From the NCBI GenBank assembly GCA_965243135.1, contig OZ251539.1:2816001-2880000 (forward strand): 64,000 bases of DNA, read 5' to 3'. This DNA comes from Alphaproteobacteria bacterium (GTDB taxonomy: Bacteria; Pseudomonadota; Alphaproteobacteria; MPNO01; UBA830). A model generated the notes under the pieces. It had not been told where the DNA came from. It saw nothing but the letters and a program-made list of their open reading frames with translations, and ran no database searches. Position numbers and translations under genes: made by a program. Every line of letters starts with the position of its first letter. Position 1 is the stretch's first letter. Shown here piece by piece: positions 50,101-58,882 of the stretch.

Positions 50101-51002
50101 CCGCCGGGCGCGGCGTTCTGGAATTCCTGGAACCGGATCGGCGGGCGCGGATGGAGCGCGGCATCGAGGAAGCGGAAGGCCATCTCGCCCGCGACGACGC
50201 CGCGTTCGCCGAAAGGACCGCGGTCGACCGCTTCAGGGAATGGGAGGAACGCGGCGACATCGGGGAGGCGCGGACGCTCGCCGCCGACCCGGCGTTGCCC
50301 GAGGAGCTCCGGCAGCGCGCGGAACGGGTCGTTCGCGCGCTGGAGGAACCCCGCCGGGAAGCGGGGACGGAGCGCGAAGTGGAACGGAGGGCGCGAACGG
50401 CGCGGCAGGCGCCGGCGCGGCGAGAAGCCGAACGGGCGCGGGCGGCGCTGGACGCGAGCGCCGAGACGGTCTCTCGCGGACGTCGGGCGGTCGCGAACCG
50501 TGCCTTGTCGGAGGCCGAACGCAGGCGGCGCGAAGACGCTTTCGAACGCGCCGGGGAGGCGCTCGACCGGCGCTGGCGCGACCTCCGCAGCGGCTGGAAA
50601 AGTTACCGGGACGAAGTCCGGGCCGAAGGCGGCCATCCCTTCGCCCGCGACGACTGCAAGCCCTGGATCGACGCGGCGCGGGCGCTCGCCGCGGAACCGC
50701 GCCTGCCGGACGGCAGGCGCCGCCTGCTCGCGGACTTTCTTCGCGGCCGCGACGAAGCATGGCCCGCCGACCGCGAGCGTCTGGCGGCCCTGCGGGACGA
50801 CTGGAAAGCGGTGCGCGACGAAGCGCGGCGGCAGCGGGCGTCTCCCTTCGAAATGCCCGAATGCGCGGCGGTGATCGACCGCATGCGGGACATGGAACGG
50901 TCCGACAACCTCGCCGAAAGCGAGAAGCGCGGCCTGCGGGAAATCGTCGGCGACCACGACGAGCATGTCTCCCGGCAGCGCGGGAGATCTTGGGGCGCGT
51001 AG
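47100..51002 (+). CDS. MOBF (TrwC/TraI-type) relaxase-helicase
   Basis: YF..DGYY, DVTFSAPKSVS, H..SRNLDPQLHTHCVIAN, FSSRR; EGYAGAGKT, VDEMS, LIGDRKQL. Confidence 0.92.
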   Translation: MVATVTAITSSSSTVHYFEKDGYYAKNDPEHRRASRWRGSGAKELGLRGQVDPRRFERILQGHVPGTDLRLGRVRDGEHQHRPGVDVTFSAPKSVSLQALLHGDEAAMRAHDEAVAATLEFIEARLLETRVYDPKTGRRNRTRSRSLVAATFRHVASRNLDPQLHTHCVIANMTRGPDGKWRSVEATSLHRNARLIGTHYRNELAKRLRDRGYALAPAMVGKIPGFEIAGYGKSTLEAFSSRRREVLDYIRKKGWTYDAARAQAATLATRRRKAEPRREELEALWRQRARDLGIATGGRRQRPGRTGSGPSALEIVSRAAERLEERSSVLAASELTALALAHSPGRHGIADIDAAIRQLQRDGHLIAAKRSRTGPAFVTDRAARAKKEIASRMKKALGAAAPLASERAVEERLAGTDLFAGQKDAVRTILLSADRVVGVEGYAGAGKTATLRCVLDLAGDRPVLGLAPSASAARALARESGIPARTLQSFLCRHRDVADNAANAETLAVRRAEFGGALLAVDEMSQASAAQARDLMRIADRLGVGRLALIGDRKQLRAAEAGQPFRQLQAAGMKTTDLRQRCPDLKAAALDAGRPAAPGRFGDNLHEVPADELGGAAAAIWLRLSPEDRAETAILAPTRELRAAINDAVREGLAQEGALRGRELEIETLVDLGMTRAQKGDVRNWREGDVAVFAYDLYPYRIRAGEACAVTGIADGRVTLAHPDGRPRRIDPSGYLRYRLDLFEARPIRIRAGDAIRWTRNDVRRGLIDGERAETLRIGTRALRLRIAGGGELTLRRDDPHLRHVAHAWASPAAQGIGRNNVIAALDSGHGQLSDQRTLYMEINRARRNAVVLTDNREALMEALEAGERLAAGEDLRPAPGKKLAPVRRPGPSRAEVYRQWRTDRDRHAGAAARAGLHPIHLPGYEALRARLGDLALPPRLPESLRRQVAGEIVRHDEAVAEAARAARCLESVETGLARREAGLAPASYEDWRFELESAVAAGRGVLEFLEPDRRARMERGIEEAEGHLARDDAAFAERTAVDRFREWEERGDIGEARTLAADPALPEELRQRAERVVRALEEPRREAGTEREVERRARTARQAPARREAERARAALDASAETVSRGRRAVANRALSEAERRRREDAFERAGEALDRRWRDLRSGWKSYRDEVRAEGGHPFARDDCKPWIDAARALAAEPRLPDGRRRLLADFLRGRDEAWPADRERLAALRDDWKAVRDEARRQRASPFEMPECAAVIDRMRDMERSDNLAESEKRGLREIVGDHDEHVSRQRGRSWGA

Positions 51003-51032
51003 CGCGCGCCTCTTCCCGTGCGCCGCGAAGAA

Positions 51033-51544
51033 CTATCGCCGGTTCCGTTCGTAGACCGCGGTGCCGATTCGCTCCGCCCTTTCGGCGTCGAACACCTCGT
51101 CGAGCAGCGCCTTCATCTCGGCGTAGCGCCCCCTTCGCGTCATCTCGTCGAGCTTCGTCTCGAACAGGACGCGCACCGCATTGGCCATGTTCGGCGACCC
51201 CGCCGCGTCCTGGAACATCTGTCCCGACATGTCCGCCGCAATGCGCGTCACGGCGTCGCAAAGCGCGCGCTGCTCGTCCGCGCCGAGGACCAATTGCGCG
51301 TCCTTTTCCGGGTCGCGGGGCTCCCGCGTCAGCGCGCGGTCGACGACGTAGCGCGACATCGACTTGCCCTCGGCCGCGGCCCGCTCGCGGATGCGTTCCC
51401 ACTCCGCTGGCGTGCACGAAATCGAGTGGACCGCGACATCGACTTGCCCTCGGCCGCGGCCCGCTCGCGGATGCGTTCCCACTCCGCCGGCGTGCACGAA
51501 ATCGAGTGGACCGCGGCCCGAACCTTGCCCGGCTGCCGGCTCAC
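51033..51544 (-). pseudogene. Ribbon-helix-helix/MobC-like gene frameshifted by an 80-bp tandem duplication
   Basis: HSISCTPAEWERIRERAAAEGKSMSR occurs twice, 80 bp apart (about 51352-51514). Confidence 0.7.
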
Positions 51545-51897
51545 TTCCCGCCTCCGTCGAAGAGTCCGGGAAGGACGTCCCGCACTTCGTTTCGAGGCGG
51601 TGCCGTCCGCATCTTGCGCTCCGCCCGGTACAGGAACTCCACCGCCTCGCGCAGCGTGACCTCGCTCCCGGGAAGCGGCCGGAGAAGATCCTGGGTCGCC
51701 ATTAAAAGGAGGTTGACCCGGTTGTAGAGAGCGCGCTGCTCCTCCTCCGAAAGCGCCAGCCGGTGCGCCGCGCCGTCGTCCAGCGCGCACCCCAGAACGA
51801 ACCGCGAGACGCTCGTTCCCGCCGCCGCCGCCCGCTCCCGGATCGTCTCCCATTCGAGCGGCATGCAACTCACGCTGTACTGCCGGGACCGCGCCAT
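51541..51897 (-). CDS. Ribbon-helix-helix/MobC-like protein
   Basis: YSVSCMPLEWETIRERAAAAGTSVSRFVLGCAL; GGGAGAGG RBS. Confidence 0.7.
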   Translation of the reverse strand: MARSRQYSVSCMPLEWETIRERAAAAGTSVSRFVLGCALDDGAAHRLALSEEEQRALYNRVNLLLMATQDLLRPLPGSEVTLREAVEFLYRAERKMRTAPPRNEVRDVLPGLFDGGGK

Positions 51898-52220
51898 CTT
51901 TCCTCTCCCGCGATCTCGGCGTCCGCCGCCGCGACGATCCCGTTCCAGTCCTCGACCGCGCCCGCTTCGCCGTAGCGCAACTCCTCGATGCGCGACAGGA
52001 CCAGCACGTCCCGCGCCATCCGGCGCTGCAGCGAAACCGGCAGCGGGCCGTCGTCCCGCGGCGGGTCCAGCAGCCGCTCGACGACGAATCGGGAGATCGT
52101 CTTGCCGGCCGCTTCGGCGCGTTCGGCGATCCGCCGCCACTCGCTGTCGGTGGCCATGACGCAGCGCGCCTTGCGCTTTTGACCGCCGAAATCCCCGGAC
52201 GGTTTTGCTTCCTTGACCAT
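51870..52220 (-). CDS. Ribbon-helix-helix/MobC-like protein
   Basis: CVMATDSEWRRIAERAEAAGKTISRFVVERLL. Confidence 0.7.
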   Translation of the reverse strand: MVKEAKPSGDFGGQKRKARCVMATDSEWRRIAERAEAAGKTISRFVVERLLDPPRDDGPLPVSLQRRMARDVLVLSRIEELRYGEAGAVEDWNGIVAAADAEIAGEERWRGPGSTA

Positions 52221-53988
52221 ATGGTTTCATTTGCCTCTACAATGGTTACGCCCTGAAAAGAAAAAAGGATTGCTTGCTTTTCCGGGCGCCTGATTGTAGA
52301 TAGCGGAATCGTCCCAGGATGTCACGGACGGCCCGGCCGGGAGTCGTCTTGTAGATTCCCCGCCTGTCGGAAAGTCTCTTGACATGCGCCGTAAAGGAAT
52401 GTATATACAGCATATTCGCGAGGAAGGGAACCGCTGCCGGCAGGCTTATATATCGACAGGGCGAAGGATGGGTTGTCCACACCAGATTTTTGATGCGACC
52501 GACCGACAGTGGGTCTTGCTGCTGGCAATGACCCTCGGGCAGCGGGACGAGGCGATTCGGCAGCGGGACGAGGCGCGCCAGGAAGCGGAGGCGTCGCGCT
52601 GGAAGGAGGTAAGCGCTCGTCAGCAGGCGACGTTCTGGAAAACGCAGCACCGCCGGGCGCGGGCGCGTGCAGAGGCGGCGCGCAACGAGCTGAAACGCCT
52701 GAAGTCCGTCTCTTCGGTGAACGAGCTCAAGCGGGAAGCGGGCCGCCTTCGGCACGAGCTTGAGAGCAACACATTCTTCGACGACGCGAGGCGGCAACTC
52801 GACGACCTGCGAGGCGCCGCAGTGCAAGCCGTTGCAGTCCTTGCTGCGTCAAGGCTTGGAGGTCTTCGTCGACAGCCGTGCCGATGGACAACAACCTTGC
52901 CGAGCGCGCCCTGCGCGGCGCGGCTGTTGGGCGCAAGCTCTCGTTCGGCTCGTTCAGCGAGGCGGGCGCGCAACTGACCGGGCTGCTCTTCTCCGTGTAC
53001 GCTTGAACTGGCCGGCCTCTCGCCGCACCACTGGCTCCGCGATTATCTGCAAGCCTGCGCCGAACATGGCGGACGAGCGCCCGAAGAGGCGCATGCCTGG
53101 CTTCCCTGGGGCGCCGACCCGAAGCGCGTCCGCACCTGGCGCGCCGCGGCTCCGCAGGGGCCATGAGCTCTGCGGGCGGGCCGAGGACGAACTCAACCTG
53201 ATTCGCGACCGCGCAATGGAACCCGCCTCTCAAACGCACGCCCCTTTCACGCGTGCGAGCGTCTCGACTGGCGCAAACCCAACGGCGGCGTCAAAGACAT
53301 GAGCGCCCGCGTCGCCCTGTTGCGGATGGAACGCGACGGCCTCTGCCGCCGTCGCAGGTCCGCCCGCGTTCGCCGCTCCGCCGTCTCCCGAAACCGAACC
53401 GCCCCCGTTCCCAACTCCCGACCGTCTCGACCAGGTCCGTCCGCTGCGCACCGAACCCGTCCGCAACGCCAGCGAGGGCCGTCTCTGGAACGCCTTCCCG
53501 CTACCTCGGCTTTACGCCCATGCCCGGCGCACAGCACTTCGTCCGCTCCGCAGAGGGCGAACCGCTGGCCGCGCTCGGCTTCGGCGCCGCCGCGTGGAAG
53601 ATTGCGCCACGGGACAAGCTGATCGGTTGGGACCTCGAATGCCGCGGCCGCAATCTGCCCTTCGTCGTCAACAACGCAAGGTTCCTCCCCTGGGTCAGAA
53701 TCAAACGCCTTGCATCCCATGTCCTCGCACAGGTCGAGCAACGTTTGCCCGACGACTGGGACCGCCGCTACGCTCTGCGTCCCGTACTGCTCGAGACCTT
53801 CTGCGAAACGCAGCGATGGAACCTGCTACCGTGCGGCCAACTGGATCCGGGTCGGCAAAACGCAGGGCCGCGGCAAACTCGACGTGAAAAACGAGTATGC
53901 GCTGCCGGTCAAGGATGTTGAAGCCCCTGCGGCGGGACTGGAAAAAGATCCTCAATCGCAGACCATCACCCGGGTAGCGAACACTTAC

Positions 53989-54370
53989 GCCGAAGGTGCG
54001 CCCACAGGTGTGGAACACGATGCTGGAGGAGGAGCATCCGTGTGGTGCGGTGCCGGTCCGTTGGTCGGTTGTCAGTTACGGAACCTGGTGGGGTCGGCGC
54101 ATGGCTGGCTGAGGGCTGTCGGGTTCGCGGCCTCTGCGCACAAGCTCGAGTGCCGCGCCCTTCGGCTGGGACGACGCGGGAAGGTGCGCAGAGAACTCGT
54201 GTGGCAGCGTCTGGAGGTCGAACGTTCCTCGGTGCGCAACGGCGCCCGAGATCGGAAGGCCCGCGACGCACGGGTCGCTCTGCGCTGGTGTACGGTGGAC
54301 CTGCCGGTACAGGTGCGGAAAGAGGAACCGGCTTCCCTTTCCGCACTAGCGCAGGTCTCCCACGCTGCAA
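53989..54370 (+). pseudogene. Fragment of a DUF4338-fused IS4-family transposase
   Basis: WNTMLEEEHP..AGPLVGCQLRNLVGSAHGWL.AVGFAASA followed by RKARDARVALRW..VDL. Confidence 0.5.
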
Positions 54371-54394
54371 GAACGAAGTGCACCACCTGATCGC

Positions 54395-54550
54395 GCCGCC
54401 GCCGATTGAGGAACTTCTCGTCCGCGCAGTGCGCCTGAAAAAAGCGCTTGCCCAAGTCTAGCCCGACCATGCTAATATCTTCCATGGATGCTCCCCTCGT
54501 CTGTGGTTCATGGCGTGCCGCAAGAGGTGGGGGGGGGGGGGGTCCATCCT
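54395..54550 (-). mobile_element. IS110-family 5' fragment
   Basis: MEDISMVGLDLGKRFFQAH N-terminus with GAGGGGAG RBS. Confidence 0.6.
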
Positions 54551-54818
54551 ACCGGAGTTGATAGGGGAAGTTCAAAACGGTCTCGACAGGCGGCGGGACA
54601 GCAAGGCGAATCCGAGAACGGTTCGGCTGAGGGAGGCGTTCATTGCCAAGCGCTGCTCGCGAGGAGGCGGTAGCGGTGCGAGAGTGCGAGAGTTTCCACC
54701 TTGACTTTCGGTGCTCTGTTTGCCACCATGCTGTCCTCTGAAGCGAGGTTGCAACTATTGCGCGAATTTCTTGATCAGGACGTCAGTAAAAAATCCTTAA
54801 GGATATCAGGATAAGGTA

Positions 54819-56909
54819 ATGATGGTCATGGTGAAGAATCGGATGATTTTTACTGCTGCTAGAATTGTATACGGTTGCTTTTTTTTGGTCTTTTTCAGCC
54901 AAGTTTCTCTAGCTAACATCATTTCAGAAAAGAGATGGCCTGCGTTTCAAAAGGATTTTCGAAATATTTACGAATTGATCGTATCTCGCGATCCCGTTGT
55001 ATCTTCTGTGTTTAACATATTCCTCATAGGGAATACGCTATTCTATGTGAAAGAACCGTGCGAGTTTGCGGACGTTGACGCGAAAATGATTTTACATATT
55101 ATTCCGTCCAATAAAGAAGATCTTCCTGAGCATAGAAAAAATTATAGTTTTGACAATTTGGACTTTGATTTCATAAGCAAGGGGATGATGTTCTCTGGCA
55201 AGTGCATAACCGCATCCGGTCCGCTTCCCGATTATGACATCTCGGCTATCCGTATCGGCCAATATATTCCCGGGAATGAAAAACCGGTTTGGGTTAAAGA
55301 ATTCGCTTTCCCGGACAAAGACAGCGAGGACGAGAAGAAACTAAACACGCATTTGTACTCTCTAGGGGTAACGGAAATAAAATTAAAAAAATTTAACGGT
55401 GTGGGGGGAGCAATAGAAAAATTTGGCGATAACTTATTGCTAGCTACTCCGGACGGGAGCTTTGCTTTGGTTCACGCAGATGGTACGGTGCGGTATCTTG
55501 ACGAGAGAGTTCCAATGGGGCTGGAGGACGTCAAACAGAATACTACTTATCTTGAGGATTATCCGGCGCATCGCCGGCTTCGAGTGAGTGATATTCTTGT
55601 TCGACGACAATCACAAACGCAGTTTGACTTGTTCGTTACTCATCATTATTACACCGGGCGATGTGTTGTATTCAGATTATCGCAGGCGACTTTGCACTAT
55701 GAGAATAACGATATTCTTTTATCGCAGCCATTCAGGACGGTATTTGACGCATCTCCTTGCATCTCTCTGCCGTTCGACCCACATCAGTCAGGTGGGAAAA
55801 TAGTGGACGATAACGATTTTTTGTTGATTATCATCGGGGATCATGGACAGGATGGATGGCATAAAGAAGATCAATATGTCCTAGCAAACGACTTGCAATC
55901 TCAACATGGAAAACTTGTCCGTGTCGAAATCGAAACGGGAAAGGCGGAAACGCTGACAATTGGCCATAGAAATCCACAAGGGCTTGTAAGAGATCAAGAT
56001 GGAAACCTGTGGGCTGTAGAGCATGGACCACAGGGAGGCGACGAATTGAACCTGTTGTTGCCTAACAGAAATTATGGTTGGCCTTCAGTCACTTATGGTG
56101 TCGACTACGGTGGAAGAATACCCATCCGGTCGAATGCTAATGAGAAAGTTGGCTCGCACGATGGTTTTACAAGGCCGCATTACGCTTGGGTTCCATCGAT
56201 TGGTGTTGCCAGTATCGCAGTCAACAGAACCGAGAATTTTCCGTTATGGAAAGACGATTTGTTGATTACATCACTTGCGTCACCAGCGGGTGGTGATCTA
56301 TTCCGAGTTAGGCGTCATGGACGTAATATACAATATGTAGAGCGGATCAAAATCTCGGAAAGAATTCGGGATATTGCACATACGAGTGATGGTCGTATCG
56401 CGTTGCTCCTTGACAAATCGTCGATTATGTTTCTAGCACGATCCGACGATTACTGTCACGAGAAGTTCCGACGCAATCGAAGTGTTTATGCGCTACATTG
56501 TTGGGGAGCTTCCAACGACAACGCGGCGGCGAATATTCAGAAGGATGTGCGAAAATCCGCCAAACCTACCAAAATAGTGGATCTCCCAAGCGTAACGAGG
56601 CCTGCTGTTGGTGAACAGTTGTTCGGTACTCATTGCGGTACCTGTCATCGCCTGAACGAGGGAGAACATGATGTCGGTCCACACCTTCACGATGTGATCG
56701 GGCGTCGTGCTGGGGAAGTTGATGGCTATTTCAATTTTTCTCCTTTTCTTCAATTTTCGAATGTTATCTGGACGAAGGACAATCTTAAAAAATACATTGC
56801 TAGCCCACAGCGACTCATTCCGGGGACAACTATGCCTGCCTCGGACATTACTGAGAAAGAAGCAGATTCTATAGTTGAATTCCTGAGCAGGCTTAGCGAT
56901 GGACTTTAG
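54819..56909 (+). CDS. Secreted PQQ-dependent glucose/sorbosone dehydrogenase-family protein fused to cytochrome c
   Basis: Signal peptide; GHRNPQGL, EHGPQGGDELN, NYGWP; C-terminal CGTCH, GPHL, PGTTM. Confidence 0.85.
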   Translation: MMVMVKNRMIFTAARIVYGCFFLVFFSQVSLANIISEKRWPAFQKDFRNIYELIVSRDPVVSSVFNIFLIGNTLFYVKEPCEFADVDAKMILHIIPSNKEDLPEHRKNYSFDNLDFDFISKGMMFSGKCITASGPLPDYDISAIRIGQYIPGNEKPVWVKEFAFPDKDSEDEKKLNTHLYSLGVTEIKLKKFNGVGGAIEKFGDNLLLATPDGSFALVHADGTVRYLDERVPMGLEDVKQNTTYLEDYPAHRRLRVSDILVRRQSQTQFDLFVTHHYYTGRCVVFRLSQATLHYENNDILLSQPFRTVFDASPCISLPFDPHQSGGKIVDDNDFLLIIIGDHGQDGWHKEDQYVLANDLQSQHGKLVRVEIETGKAETLTIGHRNPQGLVRDQDGNLWAVEHGPQGGDELNLLLPNRNYGWPSVTYGVDYGGRIPIRSNANEKVGSHDGFTRPHYAWVPSIGVASIAVNRTENFPLWKDDLLITSLASPAGGDLFRVRRHGRNIQYVERIKISERIRDIAHTSDGRIALLLDKSSIMFLARSDDYCHEKFRRNRSVYALHCWGASNDNAAANIQKDVRKSAKPTKIVDLPSVTRPAVGEQLFGTHCGTCHRLNEGEHDVGPHLHDVIGRRAGEVDGYFNFSPFLQFSNVIWTKDNLKKYIASPQRLIPGTTMPASDITEKEADSIVEFLSRLSDGL

Positions 56910-57900
56910 AAACAACTCGTGTTTCCTCTCCGTTGTCGTCCCCTGCTTCAATGAGGAAGAGGTCGTCCGCGAAACCCATCGCCGTCTCGTCGGCGCGCTT
57001 GCGGGTATCTCTAACCTGGATTTCGAAATCGTCTATGTGGACGACGGCAGCCGCGACAGCACGCTGGATATCCTGCGGGAGCTCAGAACCGCCGATTCGC
57101 ATGTGCGGGTCATCGCGTTGTCGCGTAATTTTGGGCACCAGATCGCCTTGACAGCCGGTTTGGCCGAGGCTGCCGGCGATGCGGTCGCCGTCATCGATGC
57201 AGACCTTCAGGATCCGCCCGAAGTTATCCCGGAGATGGTGGCGCGCTGGCGCCAAGGCGTCGACGTCGTTTACGGCGTGCGCGACGAACGCGAGGACGAG
57301 ACCGCCTTCAAACGTTGGACCGCCAAGGCATTCTACAGGCTTCTCAACCGCGTCGCTGACATCTCCATCCCGCTCGACACCGGTGACTTCCGGCTGATGG
57401 ATCGCCGGGTAGTCGATGCGTTCCTCAACATGCCGGAACGCGACCGCCTCGTGCGCGGCATGGTCGCCTGGATAGGCTTTCGCCAGGAGCCCGTTCACTA
57501 CCGCAGGGCGCCCCGGTTGGCGGGGAAGACGAAATACCCGTTGAGGAAGATGCTGCGCTTGGCCACGGACGGCATTCTGTCTTTCTCCCTCGCTCCGCTG
57601 CATCTGGCGACTTGGCTCGGCTTCCTCGTCGCGGGGCTGGCTCTGAGCGGGATCATATATGCCCTCTTCCTCCGTTTGACCACTGACTTATGGGTCAGCG
57701 GCTGGACGCTGCTCTTCATCGCCATCCTATTTCTCGGAGGGGTGCAGCTCATGCTTGTCGGCGTGCTTGGAGAGTATCTGGGCCGCGTTTACGCGGAAGT
57801 GAAACGCCGCCCGCTCTATCTGGTTCGAGAACGGCTCGGTCGCGCTCCCGCAAGCCATCGAGCGGCGGCGCGGGACGAACCGGCACCGGCGGATGAGTAA
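56899..57900 (+). CDS. GtrB/DPM-like polyprenol-phosphate glycosyltransferase (GT2)
   Basis: SVVVPCFNEE, VDDGSRD, SRNFGHQ, DADLQDPP, GDFRL; two C-terminal TM helices. Confidence 0.92.
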   Translation: MDFRNNSCFLSVVVPCFNEEEVVRETHRRLVGALAGISNLDFEIVYVDDGSRDSTLDILRELRTADSHVRVIALSRNFGHQIALTAGLAEAAGDAVAVIDADLQDPPEVIPEMVARWRQGVDVVYGVRDEREDETAFKRWTAKAFYRLLNRVADISIPLDTGDFRLMDRRVVDAFLNMPERDRLVRGMVAWIGFRQEPVHYRRAPRLAGKTKYPLRKMLRLATDGILSFSLAPLHLATWLGFLVAGLALSGIIYALFLRLTTDLWVSGWTLLFIAILFLGGVQLMLVGVLGEYLGRVYAEVKRRPLYLVRERLGRAPASHRAAARDEPAPADE

Positions 57901-58882
57901 AGGTCGGTGGCTGAAACTCGCCGTGGGCTGTGCTGCGACCACGGGTTTCGCGTGGCTGTTCGCCATCGAACTGGACGTGGACTCGTTGGGTCGGGCGTTC
58001 GCCGGCCTGTCGGCGCTAGCCATCGTCCTCGCCTTGGCCTGCATCGCCATCGGTGTCGCGGTACGCCTCGTGCGCTGGTGGTGGATGCTGCGTGCGCTGG
58101 AGCCGGGCCTACCGGTCGGTGCCTGCATCCGCCCATTCCTTGCTAGTATGGCTGTCAACAACGTGCTGCCGTTCCGGGCCGGCGACATGCTTCGAGTCGT
58201 TGGGTTCCGTCGGCAGCTCCGGTCTCCGGCCACGCGGACGCTCGGAACGCTCGTGATCGAGCGTGCCTTGGATGTGGTCGTCCTGTCGGGTTTTTTTTTC
58301 GTCTGCTTGCTCGGGTTGCCGAACGATGCCCTACCTCGTGGAATCGTAGTTGCGGCGATATGGCTGGCTAGTGCGGGCGCGGCTGCGATACTCGCTTCGA
58401 TGCTGCTCCTGCCCTTGTTCGAGCGTTTCCGGTGGCACCTGCCCGGACGCAGATTCCTTGCGGCACGGCGCTGGGCGGGGGTGGTCTCTAGGCATGGCGC
58501 GCATCTGATCGGGGCGCTCAGCCTCATGCGCTCGCTGCCAAGGTCGCTCGTGCTTGGCGTGTTGTCGGTGGCCGCCTGGCTCTGCGAGGGTGCTGCCTTC
58601 GCTATCGTGGCTACCGCACTCGGGGCAGATGCCAAACCACTCGGTCCATGGTTGTCGCTCTCTGCAGGTTCGCTGGCGACGGCCATCCCTAGTGCGCCGG
58701 GCTATGTTGGAACCTTTGATTATTTTGCCGCCCAAGGCCTCGCTGCCTACGGCGCGGCTCCCGAAACCGCTGCCGCTTTCGCGCTGACCATACATGTGCT
58801 ATTGTGGGCACCGTTAACTGTCGTAGGACTTCTTCTTCTGCTTTTCCACAGAAGCCGCCAAGGGTACGGTTCCGATGAGTGA
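57893..58882 (+). CDS. Lysylphosphatidylglycerol-synthase TM/flippase-like membrane protein
   Basis: RWWWML, NNVLPFRAGD..R, ERALD, PSAPGYVGTF. Confidence 0.85.
   Translation: MSKGRWLKLAVGCAATTGFAWLFAIELDVDSLGRAFAGLSALAIVLALACIAIGVAVRLVRWWWMLRALEPGLPVGACIRPFLASMAVNNVLPFRAGDMLRVVGFRRQLRSPATRTLGTLVIERALDVVVLSGFFFVCLLGLPNDALPRGIVVAAIWLASAGAAAILASMLLLPLFERFRWHLPGRRFLAARRWAGVVSRHGAHLIGALSLMRSLPRSLVLGVLSVAAWLCEGAAFAIVATALGADAKPLGPWLSLSAGSLATAIPSAPGYVGTFDYFAAQGLAAYGAAPETAAAFALTIHVLLWAPLTVVGLLLLLFHRSRQGYGSDE

Larger units (their letters stand above)
37851..52488. mobile_element. Integrative mobilizable element bounded by ACACCAGATT direct repeats
   Basis: 10-bp repeat at 37851-37860 and 52479-52488; an empty site is visible in IS66-B (about 24282-24291, minus strand); integrases at one end, relaxase module at the other. 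Confidence 0.85.
37758..53988 (+). mobile_element. IS66-family element C, split by the 14.6-kb integrative element; tnpC internally deleted, DUF4338 frameshifted
   Basis: Left TIR GTAAGCGTTCGCTGCCCGGG and right CCCGGGTAGCGAACACTTAC; 37758-37860 plus 52489 onward rebuilds the IS66-B sequence. Confidence 0.85.

Noticed and set aside
52221-52478. oriT of the MOBF relaxase
   Set aside because: Likely location, but I could not identify a convincing nic sequence.
54529-54542. G14 tract as a phase-variation switch
   Set aside because: It lies in the leader of a truncated IS110 fragment, with no intact gene clearly under its control.
54395-54550. Functional IS110 bridge-RNA system
   Set aside because: Only about 25 codons and a short leader remain.
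54666-54678. ops-like GGCGGTAGCGGTG upstream of the glycosylation operon
   Set aside because: One base longer than consensus, no JUMPstart context, and plausible by chance in GC-rich DNA.
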